Source: a virus
Lineage: Duplodnaviria > Caudoviricetes
Direction: 5' to 3' (one strand)
Virus record (IMG/VR): IMGVR_UViG_3300044694_000083
Coordinates: 31,780 to 95,779 of that record
DNA: 64,000 nucleotides
The translations under genes and the position numbers were made by a program. Shown here in pieces: positions 39,291 to 46,875 of the stretch. The stretch's first letter is position 1; every line of letters starts with the position of its first letter. The notes under the pieces were generated by a model. That model worked only from the letters and a program-made list of their open reading frames with translations, was not told where the DNA came from and did no database searches.

Positions 39291-39385
39291 TGCGCCCTAA
39301 CGGCGCCCGTTGGTTAATCGAAATTTCTAGAAGAAATTGTATCAGAAAAGATTAAGCGCGTGCGTAACCTGATTGGTTGTCAGGT
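39291..39385 (-). repeat. att-like site F
   Basis: TGCGCCCTAAC-GGCGCCCGT; ACCTGA-TTGGTTG-TCAGGT 39367-39385. Confidence 0.8.
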
Positions 39386-39598
39386 GCTCACGATGCGGCT
39401 GATGTATTCGCGCAACTGGCGGCGCACAGCCCAGAGCTTCTGCGCGCAGCCCGGCCGATTGAACAGGTACTCGCTCGGCGTGAGCATGTAGGAGCGTCCG
39501 AGCTGCTGCTCGATGCCGCCGACAGTCACGACGCGTACCATGATCCACTCGACACAGCCTCCCTTGTGACAGAGCTTGCGATTGCGAACGCGCTTCAT
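39380..39598 (-). CDS. Hypothetical protein
   Basis: ATGA-coupled; stop in core F. Confidence 0.5.
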   Translation of the reverse strand: MKRVRNRKLCHKGGCVEWIMVRVVTVGGIEQQLGRSYMLTPSEYLFNRPGCAQKLWAVRRQLREYISRIVST

Positions 39599-40044
39599 GC
39601 CGCCATCCTCATCATGATTTTGTCGAGCTCGCCCAACTGATGGCCGGTGCGTGGCCGCGACTCGTTGCGGTGGTACCACGCGCGGCGCGCGGCCAGGTGG
39701 TCCTTCTTGCGCTGCTGCTTCGTCAGCTTGTGGTCCTCGCCCGGGCCGGCGGTGAAAACGGCGATGTAGTCGCGACCCTGGTTCTCCGGCGGCAGGTGGT
39801 CCTCGATGTGGCACAGGCCCTCGGCGTGCAGCTTCCTGACGGCCTTGCGCGCGGTCTCGTACTGGATGTCCAACTTCTCCGCGAGCTGCTTCGTAGTGCC
39901 CGGCATCGCGGCCAGCAGCCGCTGGCGCGTGTCCGACTTCGTCAGCGGCGTCGCCAGCTTGTTGCGCCACTGGGTGTAGTGGTTGTTGCAGAGGCCGCGC
40001 GCGCGGACCTGGTGCGCGCAGCCGTCGCGGGTGCAGGTCTTCAC
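39595..40044 (-). CDS. Zn-finger plus HTH protein
   Basis: CTRDGC..RGLCNNHY; TTKQLAEKLDI HTH. Confidence 0.65.
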   Translation of the reverse strand: MKTCTRDGCAHQVRARGLCNNHYTQWRNKLATPLTKSDTRQRLLAAMPGTTKQLAEKLDIQYETARKAVRKLHAEGLCHIEDHLPPENQGRDYIAVFTAGPGEDHKLTKQQRKKDHLAARRAWYHRNESRPRTGHQLGELDKIMMRMAA

Positions 40045-40268
40045 GCGGCAGCCCCGCGTAGGTGCGGCGCATGCTGGCAGCCGGCGCAGCCCTGGTCGCG
40101 CGCGCTGGCGTCGTACTGGCAGTCGGTGGACATGCGGAAGGGTGCCTGGACATAGCTCGCGACCGTCACCAGGTTACCCATCCCGTCCATGATATCGCGG
40201 TAACCGTCCTGCACGTCGACCGGCGCGCCAGCCACCGGCCGCGGCCTGTTGTTGCAGCCGTTAATCAT
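40041..40268 (-). CDS. Small Cys-containing protein
   Basis: GCNNR..DCQY..GCAGC. Confidence 0.5.
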   Translation of the reverse strand: MINGCNNRPRPVAGAPVDVQDGYRDIMDGMGNLVTVASYVQAPFRMSTDCQYDASARDQGCAGCQHAPHLRGAAA

Positions 40269-40752
40269 GGTTTCCGCCTTCGCTGTCGTCGGCCGGTGTC
40301 GCGCGCTCCTCCGGTGTGATCGTGAACAAAAAGGATGCCAGCGGCAGCACGTCGTCGAGCGGGTCGTTGGGCATGGCGCCGGTAGTCTTGGCCCACTCCC
40401 TCTTGAAGGCCTCGAGGTCTTCGTCGCTGAACTCGCCGCGTATTTCAACCAGGCCGGGCAACAGCATCGCTTCGGCCCGCTCCAGCCGCTCGATCAGCTC
40501 CAGCACGGCGGCGGGGTTGGCGGCGGCGATGAAGAGTCCGTTCGCCTCATTGAGGTCCTTGCCCGGGACAATCTCCGGGTTTCGCATGGTGCCAACGTCG
40601 CACGATGGCGAGAAGATCACCGAGCCGTCCACTGCCTTGATCTGCGGCGTGTGCATCGTCGGGTAGAAGCCGCCGTGGGGCAGCGCCTCCCACGGCCCCG
40701 GCGTCGCCGCCTGCGCCAGCTCCTTGAGGCGGGTGAGGTCGAGGGCGGTCAT
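40261..40752 (-). CDS. Ead/Ea22-like protein
   Basis: LKELAQAATPGPW..FIAAANPAAVLELI. Confidence 0.8.
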   Translation of the reverse strand: MTALDLTRLKELAQAATPGPWEALPHGGFYPTMHTPQIKAVDGSVIFSPSCDVGTMRNPEIVPGKDLNEANGLFIAAANPAAVLELIERLERAEAMLLPGLVEIRGEFSDEDLEAFKREWAKTTGAMPNDPLDDVLPLASFLFTITPEERATPADDSEGGNHD

Positions 40753-40997
40753 TGGGCACCTCCGCCAACCTCGACCGGGCGCGTCGTCTTCCCGTGGCGC
40801 TCCTCCCACGCGGCTGAGCCGCGGCAGTTCGTGAAGTAGCGCGCCGAGCCGCCATCGAAGAACCTGTAGACCGTGCAGCCGTCCTTGGTGAACAGGGTGT
40901 CGACCACGAACTCGCTGTTCACGCGCTGGCGGGTCTCCGGGTCCTTCGAGCAGCCTGCCAGGAGCGCGAGGGCGATCAGGATGATGGTGGATTTCAT
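40749..40997 (-). CDS. Small lipoprotein (DUF4884-like)
   Basis: Lipobox LAGC; LFTKDGCTVYRF. Confidence 0.75.
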   Translation of the reverse strand: MKSTIILIALALLAGCSKDPETRQRVNSEFVVDTLFTKDGCTVYRFFDGGSARYFTNCRGSAAWEERHGKTTRPVEVGGGAQ

Positions 40998-41038
40998 ACC
41001 TTCCTTTCATCGCGCCCGGCGGACCGGGCGCATCGGGG

Positions 41039-41275
41039 TTATTTTTCGGGCGACGTGATCGCGTCGAGGTAGCTGATGGCGCGAACCCCCGGCGGCCCAT
41101 TGTGGCGGCCTTTGCCGAGAACCAGCGCGCCCTGCTTTGGCACGTTGGCGCGCTCAGGCCCGAAGCCGTCATAGTCGTCGATGATCTGGTCGAGCCCGAA
41201 CTTTCGCTTCAGCCGGATTGCGTTCGTGGTCTTGCCGCAGCCGGCCGGACCGTAGACGTAGAGGGAGGCGGCCAT
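41039..41275 (-). CDS. Miniature P-loop protein
   Basis: VYGPAGCGKTT..IIDD in 78 aa. Confidence 0.6.
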   Translation of the reverse strand: MAASLYVYGPAGCGKTTNAIRLKRKFGLDQIIDDYDGFGPERANVPKQGALVLGKGRHNGPPGVRAISYLDAITSPEK

Positions 41276-41502
41276 TATGCGGCGACCGGGATCAGGCCCT
41301 TGCGGTCGGCTTTCTTCGCCATGCGGTAGATGGCGCGGCCGCATGCTGGCAGGAGGTTGCGCTGACCGAGGAACTGGCCACGCGGCGCGCCGAACAGGTC
41401 GAACAGCATGATCGGTTTCGTGGGCACGAGTTCGACTTCACGCGGGTGCTTGCCGATGGCACGAACGGCGCGGCGGGCGATTTTGGACTGTTTGTGGGAC
41501 AT
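41275..41502 (-). CDS. Hypothetical basic protein
   Basis: AAGGA RBS. Confidence 0.5.
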   Translation of the reverse strand: MSHKQSKIARRAVRAIGKHPREVELVPTKPIMLFDLFGAPRGQFLGQRNLLPACGRAIYRMAKKADRKGLIPVAA

Positions 41503-41525
41503 GGTTTTCCTTGTGGTGGGGTTGA

Positions 41526-41876
41526 TTAATAGCCGGTGCGCATGCGGTTCACGATCTGCTGCGCGTGCATGCCGATCATGGCGTTGAGGATGTCGCCGGC
41601 GCTTTCCTTGATTACCTGCTGGACGATTGCGCTTGCTGCAGGTCCGCCCATGCCCCAGGTTTCCTGGTACTCGGGTTTCTTCAGCTCTTCCTTCACGACC
41701 GCTTCGAACTGCTCGCGGATCTGGTTGGCGATCATCTCCTGCAGCTTGTTGCGGCGGAAGTGCGCGACCTGCTCTTCGACCAGGCGGCCGAGCTCGTCTT
41801 CCGGGATCAGGTTGGCGATGGTTTCCTGCACGCGTTCCTTGACGCGCTGCTCGAGGGTGGCGATCTGGCCGCTCAC
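41526..41876 (-). CDS. Hypothetical protein
   Basis: GTGA-coupled to acpP. Confidence 0.6.
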   Translation of the reverse strand: MSGQIATLEQRVKERVQETIANLIPEDELGRLVEEQVAHFRRNKLQEMIANQIREQFEAVVKEELKKPEYQETWGMGGPAASAIVQQVIKESAGDILNAMIGMHAQQIVNRMRTGY

Positions 41877-42130
41877 GCCGACACCTTGGCAGTGATGTAG
41901 TCGATGGCCTGCTGGACGGTGGTGATGCCGCCAGCTTCGTCGTCCGGGATCTCGATTTCGAATTCGTCCTCGATCGCCATGACGAGCTCGACCTCGTCCA
42001 GGCTGTCGGCGCCTAGGTCGTCGACGAATGTCTGTTCCGGCTTCACGTCTGCTTGTGCGATGCCGAGCTGTTCGGAGATGACGCGCTTAATGCGGTCGGC
42101 GGTGGTGCTGGCCTTGATATTGGTGTCCAC
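41873..42130 (-). CDS. acpP: Acyl carrier protein
   Basis: [40 protein letters not shown]. Confidence 0.93.
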   Translation of the reverse strand: MDTNIKASTTADRIKRVISEQLGIAQADVKPEQTFVDDLGADSLDEVELVMAIEDEFEIEIPDDEAGGITTVQQAIDYITAKVSA

Positions 42131-42142
42131 GTTTTCCTTGAT

Positions 42143-42236
42143 TGCGCCCTATACGCGCCCGGGCTGGTTGGCGTGCCGGCAAAAGGCCGGCTGGTGTTGG
42201 GGTTCCGCTGGCTGACGCCCAGACCTCAAATCAGGG
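42143..42236 (-). repeat. att-like site G
   Basis: TGCGCCCTATA-CGCGCCCGG; (TGACG)CCCAGA-CCTCAAA-TCAGGG 42218-42236. Confidence 0.8.
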
Positions 42237-42307
42237 CAGGCGTCGCGCTACGATGTATCAATAATAATCAACGCTAGGAAAATAATCAAGCGCAACAATC
42301 CGCCTGT

Positions 42308-42331
42308 CGTCGTGACGCTACCCTGTTTAGC
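42308..42331 (+). promoter_or_regulatory. Late leaderless promoter of portal
   Basis: CGTCGTGA-CGC-TACCCT-7nt-ATG. Confidence 0.7.
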
Positions 42332-44092
42332 ATGACACCCGATACCGCCTTTAACGTAGCGCGAGATGAGCGCGCGCCAGCCGAGGAGCGAGCCGAAGCG
42401 CATGCCGAGCTCCAGAAGGCGGCATTGTCTTCGGAGCTGATTCCCCAATCGCATCTTATGCCGCTGATCGAATTCATTCGCGAGCAGCACGAGGAGCAGG
42501 AGTTTCAGAAATCCCTGTCTCAAAATAAGGTTATCCCGTTCCCGTCGCGCGCCGCGAGAGAGCGTCAACCAGGCATGCAATCCGTCTATCTGGACGACGG
42601 CGTAAATGGAGCCTATGGCGAATATTATGAGAAGCCTGGGGCCTTCAGCTTTGACTTCATGAGGCAGATGGTCGCTGGGACCGATATTCTCAGCGCCATC
42701 GTCCTTACCCGTGTGCGCCAAGTGCAGCGCTTTTGCCGTCAGCAAGAGAACGGCAAGGGCCCCGGTTTCGAGATCCGCATGCGCGACCGCGATGCGAACG
42801 CCAGCACCGAGCAAACCAACACCATCAAGGTGTTGCAAGACTTCTTCTCGAACTGCGGCATGGAGAGCAACCCGCGCCAGCGCGCGCGCCTCAGGCGAGA
42901 CAACTTCACCTCGTTCATGGGGAAGCTAACTCGCGACAGCCTCACCATGGACTCGTCGCCGATCGAGACCGAGTTCAAGCGCGACAAGAAGCTGGGTATG
43001 GACGGCATTTACGCCGTCGACGGCGCCACGATCCGCCTGTGCACTGAGCTCGGCTACCGCGACAACGACGAAATCCGCGCGCTGCAAGTCGTCCAGGGCC
43101 AGCTGCGCGCCGCTTACACGTTCGATGACCTGATTTATGTGCCGCGCAACCCGCGAAGTGACGTGCTTGTGGGCGGTTACGGAATGTCCGAGACCGAGAT
43201 GCTGATCAAGACGGTCACGAACATTCTCAATGCCGTGACCTACAACGGTAAGTTCTTCGATTCGAACAGCATCCCGAAAGGATTGCTGCACCTGTCCGGC
43301 AACTACGACCAGCGGGATCTCGCTGCGTTCAAGCGCCAGTGGAACGGCATGGTTAAGGGAATCAATAATTCCTGGGCGATGCCGGTCATGGTCTCGAAGG
43401 ACCAGGAGAGCAAGGCGAGCTTTGAAAAATTCGGCATCGACATCGACGAGATGGCTTTCGCCAAGTGGCTCACGTTCCTGACCTCGATCGCCTGCGCGAT
43501 CTACGGTATTTCCCCGGACGAGATCAACATGGAGGCCTTCAGCACCCGCAACAGCGGGCTGAGTGGCAACGACACCGAGGAAAAACTGGCCCACTCGGCC
43601 GACAAGGGCCTGCGCCCGCTGTTGTCCTACTTCGAGGACCTGTTCACCGATTACATAGTGTCCGACTTCTCGGACCAGTTCGTGTTCCGCTGGACCGGCC
43701 TGGACGAAGAGGACGAGAAGCAGCGCTTCGAGCGCCAGAAGCTGATCCTCACGGTCAACGAGCTGCGGGCCATGGACAGCCTCGAGCCGATCGAAGAGCA
43801 GTGGGGCAGCGCGCCGCTCAACCCGTCGCTCATCGGCCCGTGGCAGGCCGAGCAGCAGCAGGGCCAGGAGGATTATGGCCAGCCTGGTGCTGATGGCCAG
43901 GCCGAGGCCGGTGACGGCGGCGGCGAACAGCAGGATGACCAGGGCGGCGGCGCGCCGGACTTTGGCGACGGCGGCGACCAGGACTTCGGCGACGCGCCGG
44001 CCGGCGACGGCAGCGTGCCGGCGGATCCGAATGGCGATCCGGCCGACTTCGCGAAATCGTTCGGACTGCCGGTCTTCAGGGTCGAGACATGA
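42332..44092 (+). CDS. Portal protein
   Basis: VDGATIR, PRNPR..GYGMSE, FFDSNSIPKG, GLRPLL, LTVNELR; acidic tail. Confidence 0.85.
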   Translation: MTPDTAFNVARDERAPAEERAEAHAELQKAALSSELIPQSHLMPLIEFIREQHEEQEFQKSLSQNKVIPFPSRAARERQPGMQSVYLDDGVNGAYGEYYEKPGAFSFDFMRQMVAGTDILSAIVLTRVRQVQRFCRQQENGKGPGFEIRMRDRDANASTEQTNTIKVLQDFFSNCGMESNPRQRARLRRDNFTSFMGKLTRDSLTMDSSPIETEFKRDKKLGMDGIYAVDGATIRLCTELGYRDNDEIRALQVVQGQLRAAYTFDDLIYVPRNPRSDVLVGGYGMSETEMLIKTVTNILNAVTYNGKFFDSNSIPKGLLHLSGNYDQRDLAAFKRQWNGMVKGINNSWAMPVMVSKDQESKASFEKFGIDIDEMAFAKWLTFLTSIACAIYGISPDEINMEAFSTRNSGLSGNDTEEKLAHSADKGLRPLLSYFEDLFTDYIVSDFSDQFVFRWTGLDEEDEKQRFERQKLILTVNELRAMDSLEPIEEQWGSAPLNPSLIGPWQAEQQQGQEDYGQPGADGQAEAGDGGGEQQDDQGGGAPDFGDGGDQDFGDAPAGDGSVPADPNGDPADFAKSFGLPVFRVET

Positions 44093-45720
44093 CCGCGGCG
44101 CCGAAGCGCCCGGCCGCCAAGGAGCCGGAGCCGAACCCGGACGTGTGCAAGGGCGATCACGTCTACTTCCGCCACCCGAAGGGCCCGTGCGCGGCCGAGG
44201 TGCTGGCCACCGGACGCCACGGGATCACCGTGCACCATGAAGGCAAGCACCACAAAGTGAAGTGGGAGCATGTGCTTGGGCACAAGACCCGGAAGTCGCA
44301 AAAATACGACGTCATCGACGAAGGCGAAGACGGGCTGATCGTCCAGGATGAGGATGGCCAGCGCCGCTATATCACCGTGCCGCCGGAGGCACGCGGAGAG
44401 AAAATGGTACTGAGCAAAGCATTTGGCGCCGGCTCCGGCCGGATGATCATCTTCGCGAAGAGCGGCGAGATCAAGGGTAAGGCCGGTTTGAGCCTGAAGG
44501 ACGTCACCGACAAGACCGGAAAGACGACGAAGCACTGGGTTCGTTCCAACAAGGAGCTGCCGAAGGGTGATCAGGACGGAAAGCCGGAGGCTGGCTCTGA
44601 AGCCGGTTACGGCACGCACAACCTGCAGCCGGGCGACTCGGTCTCCTTCAAGAACGGCGAGCACGAGGGCGAGGGCAATATCCACGCGATTGGCGAGCAC
44701 GGCGCGGTGGTGCATGACGCCGCCGGCGGCGAGCACCGGGTGCTGCACGCCCAGATTACCGGCCACAAGCCGGCCGCCGGCACGCAGAAGCCCGCCGTTC
44801 AGCAGGAGGTGCGCGGCAAGCAGGAGCCGATCCCGGCCGACCAGTTCAACGCGGCCGAGTACGCCAAATCGCACGACGACGCGAACGTGACGCCGGAGCA
44901 GATCCTGGCGCAGTTCCCGCCCGATACCTCGTCGAAGATCGCCGACGTGCAGAAGCGCCTGCAGTCGATCGAGCAAACTGTCGATATGTTCATGGAGGGC
45001 GGCGAGTACACCGCCGACCGAACGGCGCTGCACCAGAAAATCTACGAGAGCCTGCTGTCGGCCGATCGCATCAATGCCGCCACGCCGGCACAAGGCGATC
45101 AGCCAACCTTCACGATCCTTGGCGGCCGAGGGGGCTCCGGTAAGAGCTGGTTCGAGGGCCAGGTCTACGATCCGGACAAGTCGATCGTGCTCGACGCTGA
45201 CCACATCAAGGGCATGCTGCCGGAGTATGAGGGATGGAACGCGGCGCAGGTGCATGAGGAATCGAGCCAGCTCCTGGAGTCGATTCTGTCAGCCGCGCGC
45301 CAGCTCGGCGTGAACGTGGTGTTGGACGCGACCATGAAGACGGCCAAGGGCGCCGTCCAGAAGGTCAACGACTTCAAGGGAGCGGGCTTCCGCGTTGAGG
45401 CGCACTACATGCACCTACCGCGCCAGGAGGCCGCGAAACGCGCCGTGTCCCGCTTCTTGGGTAAGACACAGCGCTACGTTCCGGTCGACGTGGTGCTGTC
45501 GAACACGACCAACGAAGAGTCGTTCGAGCAGGTCAAAAAGCTTGCCGACAGGTGGTCGTTCCGCGACAACAACGTGCCGCAGGGCAGCCAGCCAATCCTG
45601 ATCTCGGAAAGCGGTAACCAAGATGGGTCGGGCGACACGGAAAAAGGCGAAAGTCAAGCCGAAAGATTGACCAAATCTGAGCAATGGAGTATCTTACTCA
45701 TATGGAAACCGAACAAGTGA
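44089..45720 (+). CDS. Zeta-toxin-like P-loop kinase fused to N-terminal SH3-like domains
   Basis: LGGRGGSGKS, LDADHIK, VHEES, VVLDAT, RYVP. Confidence 0.75.
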   Translation: MTAAPKRPAAKEPEPNPDVCKGDHVYFRHPKGPCAAEVLATGRHGITVHHEGKHHKVKWEHVLGHKTRKSQKYDVIDEGEDGLIVQDEDGQRRYITVPPEARGEKMVLSKAFGAGSGRMIIFAKSGEIKGKAGLSLKDVTDKTGKTTKHWVRSNKELPKGDQDGKPEAGSEAGYGTHNLQPGDSVSFKNGEHEGEGNIHAIGEHGAVVHDAAGGEHRVLHAQITGHKPAAGTQKPAVQQEVRGKQEPIPADQFNAAEYAKSHDDANVTPEQILAQFPPDTSSKIADVQKRLQSIEQTVDMFMEGGEYTADRTALHQKIYESLLSADRINAATPAQGDQPTFTILGGRGGSGKSWFEGQVYDPDKSIVLDADHIKGMLPEYEGWNAAQVHEESSQLLESILSAARQLGVNVVLDATMKTAKGAVQKVNDFKGAGFRVEAHYMHLPRQEAAKRAVSRFLGKTQRYVPVDVVLSNTTNEESFEQVKKLADRWSFRDNNVPQGSQPILISESGNQDGSGDTEKGESQAERLTKSEQWSILLIWKPNK

Positions 45721-45875
45721 AAAAACCGATCCCAAGCCCGCAGGAGCGGCCCGACCTTTACGACGATTACGACGGCGGCCAGGCGACCGAAGGCAAGAAC
45801 CCGGTCAAGACCCCCGACTATATCCAGAAGCTGATCGCCGAGCGCAAGGGCAGGAGCCAGGCGCCGAAGCAGTGA
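45684..45875 (+). CDS. Small protein overlapping the zeta-like gene
   Basis: ORF track; start uncertain. Confidence 0.4.
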   Translation: MEYLTHMETEQVKKPIPSPQERPDLYDDYDGGQATEGKNPVKTPDYIQKLIAERKGRSQAPKQ

Positions 45876-46085
45876 TCGCTTCATTCAATCGCCCGAATAA
45901 GGGAAGCCCCGCCAGCCAGATGCGGGCCGGCTTCGGCCGGGTCTTTCTACCCTGAGCTCACAGGGTTGATCTGGTGTGAGAGACACGCAGCGCCCAGCGG
46001 CCGATGGCCGTAGTCGTATGGGCAGCACCCGCGCCACCGGGCGCCGACGGCAGTATTGATCGCAGTCCACTATGGGGGAGCCATC

Positions 46086-46229
46086 ATGCAGCAGAACCGT
46101 CCTACGAAAGAGCAGGTCCGCGCGTACACGCAACAGCGCGCGAAAGCACAAACGCCACCGCCGTCGCCCGAGGAGGTGCGGCGCCAGCTCGGATGGGGCA
46201 TGCTGTGGGATGGGCCGGCGCGGAAGTAG
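46086..46229 (+). CDS. Small protein (47 aa, not in ORF track)
   Basis: GGGGAG RBS; MQQNRPTKEQVRAY..PPSPEEVRRQLGW. Confidence 0.6.
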   Translation: MQQNRPTKEQVRAYTQQRAKAQTPPPSPEEVRRQLGWGMLWDGPARK

Positions 46230-46259
46230 TTGCGCAAATTTGAGTAGTTGTGGGATAAT
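46230..46259 (+). promoter_or_regulatory. Sigma70-type promoter
   Basis: TTGCGC-18nt-GATAAT with TG extension. Confidence 0.6.
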
Positions 46260-46265
46260 TCAGCT

Positions 46266-46833
46266 TCAAGCAAGGCCGAGCGCGTGAGCGACGAGAAAAT
46301 GGCCTTTGCTGATGCAGGTAAACATCGCGAAAGACTGCATCTAACCATGGTGACGGCCATGGGACAGCTTAGACATCTCGAATGAGTCTGCTGCGACGGC
46401 AGCGCCGGAACCGTAACCGGCAACTACACGGCTGGCATCCTTCCCACTGCAACAACGCTGGATAACCTGGGACCAGCTGCCAGCCGTGTGGTAAGCCACT
46501 AAGAAGCGGGAGAAAGACGGCCCTTGAATCCCTCGACAAACAATAGCAGCAGTAAGTGGGCCTAGCCGGGGTGGAGCCGGCAACCAACACCGCGCCACTT
46601 TCCAGATAGGACTGGGCGCAAAATGAGTGTGCCGCGAGACTTGTTGGCGAAAGCCTCCCCTCGCGGACGTTCGAAGCACGACGGCGGTGAAAGCCCGCGC
46701 GGGAGACGTACACCGCAAACCGGCTGGCAGCTTCCTAAGGCTGATATGCTGGATCGTAGGTGTGCACGCCTGCGGTTCGCCCACTACAGCAGCTGTTTGC
46801 CTTCAAGAGACCCGGCCACGCGCCGGGTTTTTT
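46266..46833 (+). ncRNA. Candidate large structured ncRNA or small-RNA array
   Basis: Promoter-to-terminator unit, dense stems, no convincing ORF. Confidence 0.6.
46810..46833 (+). terminator. Intrinsic terminator
   Basis: ACCCGGC-cacgc-GCCGGGT-TTTTT. Confidence 0.8.
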
Positions 46834-46852
46834 GTTGCCCGCTCGCAGGCCG

Positions 46853-46875
46853 CGTCGTGACCATAGCATGGTCGC
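46853..46875 (+). promoter_or_regulatory. Late leaderless promoter
   Basis: CGTCGTGA-CCA-TAGCAT-6nt-ATG. Confidence 0.7.

Noticed and set aside
20183-41020. GCCCGGCGGACCGGGC hairpin at ~20183 and ~41013 and similar GC hairpins between early genes
   Set aside because: Common intergenic hairpins in phage early operons; too few copies to support a system.
22181-42236. att-like elements as tRNA genes or CRISPR repeats
   Set aside because: Several spacers look like anticodon loops, but there are no D/T arms or CCA; spacing is kilobase-scale with genes between and no cas genes.
46308-46370. Hammerhead ribozyme
   Set aside because: CTGATGC rather than CTGANGA and GAAA not placed at a junction.
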